Source: an uncultured Thermoproteales archaeon
GTDB lineage: Archaea; Thermoproteota; Thermoprotei; Thermoproteales; B15-G16
Reading direction: 5' to 3'
NCBI GenBank assembly: GCA_964647155.1
Contig: CAZYGV010000002.1
Coordinates: 1-32,746 of the forward strand
DNA length: 32,746 nt
In this document: positions 24,601-32,746 of the stretch, piece by piece
How positions within the stretch are numbered: the stretch's first letter is position 1
Layout of the letters: each line of letters opens with the position of its first letter
Position numbers and translations under genes: made by a program
The notes under the pieces: generated by a model
The model's database searches: none
Seen by the model: the letters and a program-made list of their open reading frames with translations, nothing else
What the model was told of the DNA's origin: nothing

Positions 24601-26352
24601 TTGATGTTTGCTCGAATACGTATTGATAGCAAGCTATACATCTCTACCCTCTGCCTGATACTCCTGACATTGGCCTTAGCTAAACCAGTTCTAGGACTTG
24701 ACACATTCCTACCATCACCAACACAAGCTGGCGTCGTGATTACGCCATTGCAGCTAGCTGGTCTCGCTGCATTGCTACTAGTAATTGTGTACACATTCCT
24801 TGGCTTCAACCCACTAGGATTCACTGAACCACTCCTCATAGGTACTATTGCTGGATTCATACTCGGTATTCCTGAAGTCGCTCTCGTCCTATCAGCAATG
24901 CTAGAGCTAGTGTACCTAGGTGTGTTCCCTATTGGTGGTGCTGCTGCACCCTGTGCTTGGGTCGCGACCATTGTAGCAGTGATGTTCGCAAAGATCCTAG
25001 GTATTACTGAGGTTACGACAGAAGCTCTCTCTAGCATAGTAGCTCTAGTAGTTCCAATAGGTCTATTAGCTATGTACATAGAGGTTGTCTTAGCTAGAAT
25101 GGGTTGTGTTGGCTACTCACACCTAGTCGATAGGCTCATTGATTCAGGTAACATTAGTGCTATTGGACCTGTAGTTGCTCTAGGTACATTCCAGTGGTTT
25201 ATAGCATACCTAATTCCAGTCGCTGCATTTGCAGCATTGGGTATGAGTCCACATGCAGTGGAGACGTTGAGAGCATTTGTCAATACACCTATGGTGAAGA
25301 AGATCTTCACTGCACTTGGTGTTGCAGGTTGGTTGATGCCTGCTATTGGTTTAGGTTGGTTGCTAAAGCTACTGTATACCAGCGAGATGCTTCCATGGTT
25401 GATACTAGGTTACGTCCTCATAGCCTACCTAAAGCTACCCATTCTAGGTGTTGCACTACTGGTTGCAGGTCTGATATTCCTCGTTTGGCGTAGAGAGCTT
25501 TGGGAAGCTATTAGAGCTGCCGCACCAGCTACCACTGCTGCACCTGCAGGGGGACAACGTATCCTCACTAAGAAGGACCTAGTGAAGACATTCCTCAAGA
25601 TTGCCTTTGCATCACAATGGGCATGGAACTACGAGAGAATGCAGGGTTCAGCTTACGCCTTCATCATGACGCACATAGAGAAGAAACTGAGGAAGACACC
25701 AGATGAATTGAAGACTTGGATGAAAATGCATAATGAGTTCTTCAATACAAACCCAGTTATGATACCACTGATCGTAGGTATAGATGCTGCACTAGAAGAG
25801 AGTGGAGCAGATATAGAGACCGTTCGTGGCATCAAGACATCACTCATGGGGCCACTAGCTGGTCTTGGTGATGGCATTTTCTGGTTCACCTGGAGACCAA
25901 TTGCCTTTGGTATAGGTGCATCACTAGCTATGACTGCAGGTTTTGTAGGACCAGTCGTAGCAGCAGTACTGTGGATACCAGTTGTGTTGGTCGTTGGTTG
26001 GCTTCTACTGCACTACGGTTACAAGTATGGCTTAAGTATCGCAACTATACTAAGGACAGGTAGAATAGAGATTATCAGAACAGCACTAGCAGCGTTAGCA
26101 GTTGCAGTCATAGCTGCTCTAGGTGTAACCTACGTAAATGTTAAGGTACCATTACAGATTGTTGGTATGAAGGGTGCAGCAATATCAATACAGGAGTGTA
26201 TTGACAAGATAATGCCTAGGTTGATACCACTAGCATTCTTCCTAGGTGCATTTGCATTGATGAAGAAGGGCATTTCACCAATAAAGGTACTTGGACTATA
26301 CTTCGTAATTGGTTTCGTACTTGGACTGATAGGCGTCCTAGCACCTGGCTAA
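24601..26352 (+). CDS. PTS mannose/sorbose-family EIIC-EIID fusion permease
   Basis: The N-terminal half is a polytopic IIC(Man)-like domain. An Ala/Pro linker (AAAPATTAAPAGG) follows. The IID N-terminal signature is LTKKDLVKTFLKIAFASQWAWNYERMQGSAYAFIM...HNEFFNTNP. The likely start is ATG 24604. Confidence 0.9.
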   Translation: MMFARIRIDSKLYISTLCLILLTLALAKPVLGLDTFLPSPTQAGVVITPLQLAGLAALLLVIVYTFLGFNPLGFTEPLLIGTIAGFILGIPEVALVLSAMLELVYLGVFPIGGAAAPCAWVATIVAVMFAKILGITEVTTEALSSIVALVVPIGLLAMYIEVVLARMGCVGYSHLVDRLIDSGNISAIGPVVALGTFQWFIAYLIPVAAFAALGMSPHAVETLRAFVNTPMVKKIFTALGVAGWLMPAIGLGWLLKLLYTSEMLPWLILGYVLIAYLKLPILGVALLVAGLIFLVWRRELWEAIRAAAPATTAAPAGGQRILTKKDLVKTFLKIAFASQWAWNYERMQGSAYAFIMTHIEKKLRKTPDELKTWMKMHNEFFNTNPVMIPLIVGIDAALEESGADIETVRGIKTSLMGPLAGLGDGIFWFTWRPIAFGIGASLAMTAGFVGPVVAAVLWIPVVLVVGWLLLHYGYKYGLSIATILRTGRIEIIRTALAALAVAVIAALGVTYVNVKVPLQIVGMKGAAISIQECIDKIMPRLIPLAFFLGAFALMKKGISPIKVLGLYFVIGFVLGLIGVLAPG

Positions 26353-26453
26353 GGTACCTAAAAATCCCTTACTTTCTTTCCTCAATGCTCGACCTAAATT
26401 TTAATTTCCCTACCTACCCCCTACCTCCTTAAGAAGTGTGGAGTTGAGTCACT

Positions 26454-26957
26454 ATGCCCATTAAGTTGATAAGGATAGATGATAGGTACATCCACGGACA
26501 GGTTACTGTTGGTTGGGTCAATGCATATGGCATAAACGAGATCTGGGTCGTTGACGATACTATAGCTTCGAACCCTATACTAAAGCAGCTTCAGATAGCG
26601 CTTGCACCACCAAATACAAAGGTTGAGGTGCTAAAGGTCAGTGAAGCTATTGAGAAAATTCGAAATAGGGATTTTGATGAAAAGAGCAACATAATGATAA
26701 TTGTAGCTAAAGCAACTACCTGTCTGAAGCTAATTAAAGAGAGTAATCTACGTATTGATTGGGTTAATGTTGGGCAAAGTGCTTGGAAAGAGGGTAAGGT
26801 TCTCGTTGTTAAGAGCTTTGCTGTCGATATGGATGATGTTAAGGCTTTTGAGGAAATGGTAAAGATGGGTATTAGATTAGTGTATCAGATGCTTCCTAGT
26901 GAAAAGGCTCAGGACTTCTATGAGCTATTAAGGAGCAAAGGTCTAGTTAAAGATTAA
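26454..26957 (+). CDS. PTS mannose-family EIIB
   Basis: The N-terminus MPIKLIRIDDRYIHGQV carries the phospho-His. It aligns along its length to the E. coli ManX IIB domain as I remember it (VNVG, KAFEE). Confidence 0.92.
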   Translation: MPIKLIRIDDRYIHGQVTVGWVNAYGINEIWVVDDTIASNPILKQLQIALAPPNTKVEVLKVSEAIEKIRNRDFDEKSNIMIIVAKATTCLKLIKESNLRIDWVNVGQSAWKEGKVLVVKSFAVDMDDVKAFEEMVKMGIRLVYQMLPSEKAQDFYELLRSKGLVKD

Positions 26958-26969
26958 GTACGCAGTGAG

Positions 26970-27398
26970 CTACTGTTCTCTAGTCTTCAGTACTTGTTTC
27001 CTAATCTTCTCACTTACATGTATTATCCCTTCCCTACCTGCTTCAACAGCTAGTTTTGCAAGTTCATTAGCAGGCTTATCCAGATTGAGAAGAACTTGTA
27101 GTAGCATCGGTAAGTTAAGGCCAGCTACTACCTCAATATTGGGATTCTCGATAACTATCATGGCGGCTGCTCTCGATGGTGTACCACCAAAGAGATCAAC
27201 TAGTACAAGCACTCCATTTTCATCTCTTACCTTCTCAATGGCTTCCTTAACTCTCTGTACAAGCCCCTCAACAGAATCCATTTCAGTCAATATGACACTA
27301 GTGACCTTACTCAATACATCAGAGCCTAGGAGCATCCTTACAGAGTCGAGTATTCCATCAACAAACCTACCATGTGATACAATCACTACACCGGTCAT
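26970..27398 (-). CDS. PTS mannose-family EIIA
   Basis: MTGVVIVSHGRFVDGI carries the active His. LVDLFGGTP, VVAGLNLPML and AVEAGREGI match the ManX IIA domain. The plus-strand ORF 26965-27435 is its antisense shadow. Confidence 0.92.
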   Translation of the reverse strand: MTGVVIVSHGRFVDGILDSVRMLLGSDVLSKVTSVILTEMDSVEGLVQRVKEAIEKVRDENGVLVLVDLFGGTPSRAAAMIVIENPNIEVVAGLNLPMLLQVLLNLDKPANELAKLAVEAGREGIIHVSEKIRKQVLKTREQ

Positions 27399-27556
27399 GG
27401 CGCAACACCTTGTCTACCTTTCGAAGAGGTGTTAAGTGTAGGTGAGTATAAAAGTGTAAATGAGTACGAATAAGTACTTGGACTTGAGTAACTGTCTCAT
27501 AGCTGAGACACAAAGTTCTCTACCTCGATAGTAGTTTTAGTGTTGGAGGTGTTTAT

Positions 27557-29295
27557 GTGGAAAGGCTCTATAGAGGATTAGTAGCTTCTCCAGGCTTGAC
27601 GTGCAGTACCATTGCTGTTCTTAAGCGGAAAGTTGTCTTGGAAAGTATTGATAAGGGTGAGAAGGTTCATGACGTGAGTGCTGAGGTGGATAGACTTGAG
27701 AGAGCGAAGAAGAGGTTAGTAGAGGAGCTTGAGAAACTTAGGGAGTCTGCTCCGGAGAATGAGAGGGATCTACTTGATGCCGAAATCATGATGTTGGAGG
27801 CGTTAGTAGCTGAAGCTACTGAGCTTGTGCTCTCTGAAGGTATTAGGGCTGAGGTAGCTGTGAAGAAGGTATTTGAGAGATATGCTAGACAACTTAAGGA
27901 AGCTAGCAGCTCCACTATTGCTCTTAGAGTTCACGATTTAGAGGATCTAGCTACGAGGTTGATCGGGATTTTGATGGGGGTCTATGAGAAGGAGGTAAAG
28001 CTTCTGAGAGGTAAAGTTGTCGTTGCTGATAAGATACTACCACTAGACTTCATGAACTTGATTCGTTGTGATATCAGTGGTATTGTCTCAAGAGAAGGTG
28101 GTTTGACATCACATGTAGCTATACTAGCTAGGAGTTATGGAATACCGTATCTAATAGTTAGTGATCTCGATGTATCTGCATTGAGTGATGGTTGTACATG
28201 TATTCTTGATTGTATAAACGGTATCCTGGTAATCAATCCAAGAGAAGTACTCTTGAAAGGTACCGTGATGTAATTGCAACGTATAGAGAATTGAGTAGAG
28301 TATGTAGGGAGGAAGCTCTTAAAGAGGCTGTGACTAAAGATGGTGTTAGAGTTAACGTTCTCTGTAATGTAGGTTCTATTGATGAGGTGAAGGTGCTTAA
28401 GTCTTACGGTGGTGAAGGTATTGGTGTACTTCGTCTAGAGTTCATCTACATGGGTAGGTCTTCACCCCCAACTGCCGAAGATATTGAGAAGGTACTTGAA
28501 GAGATAGTGAACTCAGTTGATGGAGAGGTAACAGTTCGTGCGCTTGATATTGGTGCCGATAAACCTGTGAAGTTCCTACAATTGACACCTGAATCGAATC
28601 CTCAACTTGGTCTTCGTGGTATTAGGCTTCTGCTTCAGTACAGAGACGAGTTGCTAAAACCATTTATTAAAGCTACTCTACGTCTTGCAGCTAGAGTTGG
28701 TGATAGATTACGAATCATGTTACCTCTCGTTTCGAGCCCTACTGAAGTTAAGGAGTTTATGAAGATTATGGAAGATGTTGAGGATGAACTTCGGAGTAAG
28801 GGTGTGAAATATTCGAGACCTAAGCTCGGTATAATGGTTGAGACCCCTGCTGCTGCCATCCTACTCGATAGGTTTGTTAAAGCGGGACCAATAGAGTTCA
28901 TAAGCCTAGGTACCAATGATCTAACTCAGTATGTTCTTGCTGTAGATAGGGAGAATCCCCGTGTAGCTCATCTCTATAGCGAACTTCATCCTGCTGTTCT
29001 GAGGTTAATTAGGGATGTTGTTGAGAGAGCTAGGAGATGTAGTTTAGATGTTGAAATTTGTGGTGAAATGGCTAGTAATGTCTATGCCATACCTATACTG
29101 ATATCCATTGGTATTAGGAAGCTCAGTGTGTCACTAAGCTTTGTTGGCAGGACTAAGTATGTGATTAGGAGACTTAACGTTTCGAAGATAAAGCCAATAA
29201 TCGATGAGCTTATTGATGAGGCTTCTACTCCAGAAGAGGTTAGAGAAATTGTTACTAAGTTGCTCAGGGACTTTGGTGTAAAGTTACTGGTGTAA
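27557..29295 (+). pseudogene. ptsI: PTS enzyme I (PEP-protein phosphotransferase) split by one frame change inside 28210-28273
   Basis: ORF A holds the HPr-binding and His domains (GGLTSHVAILARSYGIP). ORF B holds the PEP-binding barrel (RLEFIYM, LGTNDLTQY, ICGEMA). Frame B is frame A minus 1. The best junction is around REVLL/ERYRDVIATY, near 28250. Confidence 0.88.
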
Positions 29296-29296
29296 A

Positions 29297-31141
29297 TTGA
29301 TTAATGAGGTGGTGAATATGGGTGGTGTATGTGGTGTGATTTCGAGATTAGGTTCAGATGTTATCGGTATTGTTGTTGAATGTTTGAGGAGGATGTCATT
29401 TAGGGGTTCGGATACAGCTGGTGTAGCCTTTCTTAGAGATCATGTTATTGAGGTACGTAAGGGCGTTGGTGATATCAATAAGGTATATCGAGATTGTGCT
29501 CTATTCTCTTGCCAAAGCGATGTAGCTATTGGTCATACCAGGTTCTCTACGCATGGAAGACCACATGTAGATAATGCTCATCCGCACACTGATTGTTCAT
29601 GTTCAGTTGCTGTTGCCGGTGATGGTGCTATAGCAAACTACGAAATGTTAAGAGATGAATTATTTGTGAAAGGACATAGAGTAACTTCTCGCTGCGACTT
29701 CGAAGTTGTAGCTCACTTACTTGAGGATGAATTGAGAAGGGGTATGAGTGTAGAGGAAGCTGTAGCTACTATAGCTAAGAAACTCGAGGGTTTCTTTACC
29801 TTCGTAGCTTTACATGCTAAATCAAGATCAATACTTGCCTATACCTCTCTTCAGGAACTTTATGTCGGATTATCGAGAGATATAATTGCTGTAGCTTCAA
29901 CTAGGAGCTCTCTACATGGATTTGCTGACGTGGTTACGGAACTTAGAGGTGGTGAACTAGCTGTTCTATCTAAAGATGGTGTACGTTTCATAGATGTAGA
30001 GAATATGAGGTCTCTAGAGAAGGAGTTTAAACCACTTGAAGTAAAGGAGGAGTACATTTACACTGATGGCTTTCCACATCACATGCTTAGAGAAATCTAC
30101 GAGATACCGTATGCTCTACTGAGGACCATATCATCAATTCAGGAGAAGTACTTAACATTTGCTTCTCGACTGCTTCAGGAAGCTGAAAATGTATACATAA
30201 TTGCTGACGGTACTAGTCTCCATGCAGGACTCGTAGGTTCATACTATCTCTCTGAACTAGCTAAGATAAGTCCAATAGTTGTTAGTGCTGCTGAATTTCC
30301 ACTATACTATGTTGAGAATGTAGGACCGGGAACTGTCGTGATAGCGATATCACAGTCAGGAGAGACAGCAGATGTCATAAAGTCAGTATATGAAGCAAAA
30401 CTAAGAGGAGCAACAATTCTAGGAATAACAAATTACATAAGCTCTAAACTAGCAAATCTCTCAAACCTATACCTACCAATAGCGGCAGGACCTGAATTAG
30501 CTGTACCAGCAACAAAGACCTTTACCTCTACTCTAGCAGTACTCTACATAGTGGCTCTAAGAGTAGCAAAGGAAAGGAGAGAGTTATCAATTTCAGAATT
30601 CAGGAATAGAATTGATGAGCTAAGGAAGTATGCCCTAGAACTCACCGGGTACATGAAAAGCATTGATGCAGCAGCCTTTGAAGCAGCCAAGCAAATAGCA
30701 AAGTGTAGAAGCGGATACGTCATATCTAGGGGAATTACGTACCCAATAGCACTAGAGGGAGCACTTAAGCTCAAGGAAGTAGCATACATTCACGCTGAAG
30801 GTGTTGAAGCGGGGGAGTTCAAACATGGACCAATAGTACTCGTAGGTGAGAACTTCTTCACCATATTCATAGTACCTGTCGAGAGAGTAGCAGCAGAAGC
30901 TACGTACCCACTAATGAAGGTAGCCAAGGAAAGAGGAGCTACCGTGATCAGTGTGGGGTTTGAACACGATGAAAATCTACGTATGGTAAGCGTACCTACA
31001 TTACTTGTCCCACCAACTACAAGACATATAGCACCAATAGCATTTGCGATACCACTACAATTCCTATCATATAGACTTGGGGAATTACTCGGAAGACCAA
31101 TTGACTCACCCAGGTATCTAGTGAAGAAAGTCACATACTAG
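29297..31141 (+). CDS. glmS: Glutamine--fructose-6-phosphate aminotransferase-like protein (Ntn glutaminase domain plus two SIS domains)
   Basis: It aligns to E. coli GlmS along its length: CGVISR, RGSDTAGVAF, GHTRFSTHG, NAHPH, two SIS modules (SQSGETAD, ALEGALKLKEVAYIHAEG) and the C-terminal PRYLVKKVTY. The likely start is ATG 29318. Deviations are listed in the findings. Confidence 0.85.
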   Translation: MINEVVNMGGVCGVISRLGSDVIGIVVECLRRMSFRGSDTAGVAFLRDHVIEVRKGVGDINKVYRDCALFSCQSDVAIGHTRFSTHGRPHVDNAHPHTDCSCSVAVAGDGAIANYEMLRDELFVKGHRVTSRCDFEVVAHLLEDELRRGMSVEEAVATIAKKLEGFFTFVALHAKSRSILAYTSLQELYVGLSRDIIAVASTRSSLHGFADVVTELRGGELAVLSKDGVRFIDVENMRSLEKEFKPLEVKEEYIYTDGFPHHMLREIYEIPYALLRTISSIQEKYLTFASRLLQEAENVYIIADGTSLHAGLVGSYYLSELAKISPIVVSAAEFPLYYVENVGPGTVVIAISQSGETADVIKSVYEAKLRGATILGITNYISSKLANLSNLYLPIAAGPELAVPATKTFTSTLAVLYIVALRVAKERRELSISEFRNRIDELRKYALELTGYMKSIDAAAFEAAKQIAKCRSGYVISRGITYPIALEGALKLKEVAYIHAEGVEAGEFKHGPIVLVGENFFTIFIVPVERVAAEATYPLMKVAKERGATVISVGFEHDENLRMVSVPTLLVPPTTRHIAPIAFAIPLQFLSYRLGELLGRPIDSPRYLVKKVTY

Positions 31142-31154
31142 TAGCAACATGCAT

Positions 31155-31451
31155 CTACTTAACTAGTTCTTTAGCATTGTAGAATTTAGCTCCTCCTCTC
31201 TTCAATATCTCCATTTCCTCTCTAGTCACTAGGTGAATTTCGAAGGGATACCACCAAGGAACACCCCTCTCCTCCATATACCTAAAGATCCTATCAATCA
31301 CCTTAGCTCTCTCAGCACCAGAGGAAGGTACTTGAGGTAGTACGATAGCTACATCAACATCACTATCAGCAGTTAACTTACCCTCAATAGCACTACCAAA
31401 GACATAAACTTCAACATCTCTACCAAGCACCTTCTCAACAGCTTCAATCAA
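31155..31451 (-). CDS. Minimal nucleotidyltransferase (MNT, Pol-beta superfamily), antitoxin-type partner of HEPN
   Basis: The motif is VFGSAIEGKLTADSDVDVAIVL (GS-X9-11-DxD). The ORF starts at TTG only 20 residues before the GS motif. The in-frame upstream sequence reads MFCELLR*RYYLKY, with TAG at 31470-31472 and ATG at 31493-31491. Confidence 0.8.
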   Translation of the reverse strand: MIEAVEKVLGRDVEVYVFGSAIEGKLTADSDVDVAIVLPQVPSSGAERAKVIDRIFRYMEERGVPWWYPFEIHLVTREEMEILKRGGAKFYNAKELVK

Positions 31452-31521
31452 ATACTTTAGATAATACCTCTACCTCAACAATTCACAAAACATCTCTGCT
31501 CTAATTCTAAGGTACACTTCT

Positions 31522-31893
31522 TCAGGTACCTGAAATTCTCTCCTCAATAGACCTCACCACCTCAAGTATACGCCTAGATAAATCCCTTAAATTCTAACAT
31601 TCCTCTCTTGAGTATCTTCGAGGAGCATATCTAGCCTGTACATAGACCTCCTCGAGAAGTTTAAGCTCGCTCCTATAATGTGAGGTAAAGTCCTTCAGTA
31701 GATAAACTATGTCGCTAAATCTCTGCTGGAATACCTCCTCAAGAATTTTGACTAGAAGAGCAAGTAATCGTCTGATAGAATGTATTCGAGGTACATGTCC
31801 TGTTAATCTGAGTAATATAGCTTTAAGGTATAGCTCACTAGCTTGATGGTACATAAAACATGCTAGGTCATAGTCTTCATTCTGTGAAGCCAC
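31522..31893 (-). pseudogene. HEPN-domain protein (toxin-type partner of MNT), interrupted by in-frame TAG (31594-31596) and apparently frameshifted near its 5' end
   Basis: HEPN-like segments are YDLACFMYHQASELYLKAIL, PRIHSIRRLL and VQARYAP. After the TAG the same frame continues NLRDLSRRILEVVRSIEERISGT to TGA at 31522-31524, restoring a typical length. Upstream of GTG 31893 the frame stays HEPN-like (EAQQFVRYGD) but has no start codon, and continues in another frame (SIEYVELLKG). Confidence 0.7.
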
Positions 31894-32071
31894 ATCACCA
31901 TACCTAACAAATTGCTGTGCCTCCCTTCAAAAGCTCTACGTACTCAATACTCAAGTTAACACCCACTATCTAGGAATCCATTTGGAGAAATACCTTTAGC
32001 CCATCTGTGAGGTAATTACTGTCAAGACTCTATTAGTCACGGGTAATGGACTACTGTCCTAGATGTAAGAA

Positions 32072-32746
32072 CTAGAGTGACGGTAGTACCTTCATTATGC
32101 CGAACTCTCTATGCTTCAGAATCTCTGACTTGGTTAACTTACCATTAAGTACCTCAATCAGTTCTTTAAACAACTTCTCACCTACCTGTTCAATAGTCTC
32201 TACACCCTCAATTACTGTACCTGCATAGAAGTCTATTATGTCCCTCATTTTCCTATAGGTCTCTGGATTTGCTGTTACCTTAATGACAGGAGCTATAGCT
32301 GAACCTACAGGAGTTCCTCTACCTGTTGTGAAGAGCACTACCTGAGCACCACCAGCAACCATACCAGTAACAGACTCAATATCGAATCCTGGTGTATCCA
32401 TTACCCACAATCCCTTACTTTTCGGCTCTTCAGCATAATCGAGAACACCTACAATAGGTCTAGTACCTCCCTTCAAGATAGCACCCAGAGACTTCTCCTC
32501 CAATGTCGTTATTCCACCAGCAATATTACCTGGAGTTGGTTGTGAACCTCTGATATCAACACCAATAGACTTAGCCAGTTCCTCCCACTTCCTAATTACT
32601 TGAAGTAACTTCTCAGCAACTTCTCTCGAAACAGCTCTTTTAACAAGAATATGCTCAGCACCAATCATCTCAGGTACTTCAGACATGATAACTGTACCGC
32701 CTAGATCAATAACTTTATCAGCTACGTAGCCAACAACAGGGTTAGC
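32072..32746 (-). CDS. UxaA/GarD-family sugar-acid dehydratase, C-terminal part; N-terminus lies beyond the right edge
   Basis: Family-like segments are GGITTLEEKSLGAILKGG, LWVMDTPGFDIESVTGMVAGGAQVVLFTTGRGTP and VIKVTANPETY. The frame stays open upstream of the track Met (ANPVVGYVADKVIDLGGTVIMSEVPEMIGAEH) to the window end. Confidence 0.85.
   Translation of the reverse strand, partial: ANPVVGYVADKVIDLGGTVIMSEVPEMIGAEHILVKRAVSREVAEKLLQVIRKWEELAKSIGVDIRGSQPTPGNIAGGITTLEEKSLGAILKGGTRPIVGVLDYAEEPKSKGLWVMDTPGFDIESVTGMVAGGAQVVLFTTGRGTPVGSAIAPVIKVTANPETYRKMRDIIDFYAGTVIEGVETIEQVGEKLFKELIEVLNGKLTKSEILKHREFGIMKVLPSL

Noticed and set aside
24570-25889. Minus-strand ORFs 24570-25079, 25113-25310 and 25653-25889, and plus-strand ORF 25194-25493, inside the IIC-IID gene
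   Set aside because: They are antisense or out-of-frame shadows of a gene with unmistakable IIC/IID signatures.
26965-27435. 156-aa plus-strand ORF between the IIB and EI genes
   Set aside because: The minus-strand frame at the same locus aligns along its whole length to the mannose-family IIA domain. The plus-strand product is S/T/L-rich with no motif.
12819-31596. TAG reassigned as a sense codon (pyrrolysine-like or other recoding) as the explanation for the in-frame TAGs
   Set aside because: Many conserved genes in this window (arlH, pyk, ptsH, the IIA gene, the glmS-like gene, the GT4 gene and the radical SAM gene) end at TAG exactly where their families end. No pyl-type genes are visible. 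Nonsense mutation is the simpler reading, although the all-amber pattern is still reported as a finding.
1-32746. CRISPR arrays, rRNA genes, large tandem or terminal inverted repeats
   Set aside because: Reading through the intergenic regions, I found no regularly spaced direct repeats and no rRNA-like GC-rich structured regions.

Overview
Gene-dense, moderately AT-rich archaeal chromosome segment with crenarchaeal hallmarks. From left to right: (1) a free-standing double-motif LAGLIDADG ORF running off the left edge. (2) A complete crenarchaeal-type archaellum operon, arlB-X-G-F-H-I-J on the minus strand (1618-7952). It is flanked by an ArnR-like membrane-bound wHTH regulator and an uncharacterised membrane-anchored coiled-coil protein. 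(3) A translationally coupled four-gene glycan-type cluster: epimerase/dehydratase, alkaline-phosphatase-superfamily protein, SAM methyltransferase and GT4 glycosyltransferase. (4) A decaying ABC-2 exporter operon (amber stop in the ATPase; frameshift plus amber stop in the permease) with an intact divergent ArsR-type regulator. (5) Housekeeping and miscellaneous genes: LMW phosphatase, methyltransferase, radical SAM plus archaeal ATPase pair, pyruvate kinase, an RHH protein behind a perfect 20-bp palindrome, and an MBL hydrolase. (6) A compact TnpB-like RuvC/Zn-ribbon gene whose 5' third lies in an extremely strand-skewed tract (about 82 percent A+C on the top strand), next to tRNA-Asp(GTC). 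(7) About 600 bp of non-coding DNA, then a complete mannose-family PTS: HPr, fused IIC-IID, IIB, IIA, and EI carrying one frameshift. It is followed by a GlmS-like amidotransferase/isomerase, an eroded HEPN/MNT pair and a UxaA-family dehydratase running off the right edge. The points most worth follow-up are the bacterial-type PTS island in a crenarchaeal context, the minimal TnpB-like gene with its skewed tract, and the fact that every premature stop I found is TAG. No CRISPR array or rRNA was seen. All calls rest on motif recognition and hand translation; no database search was possible.
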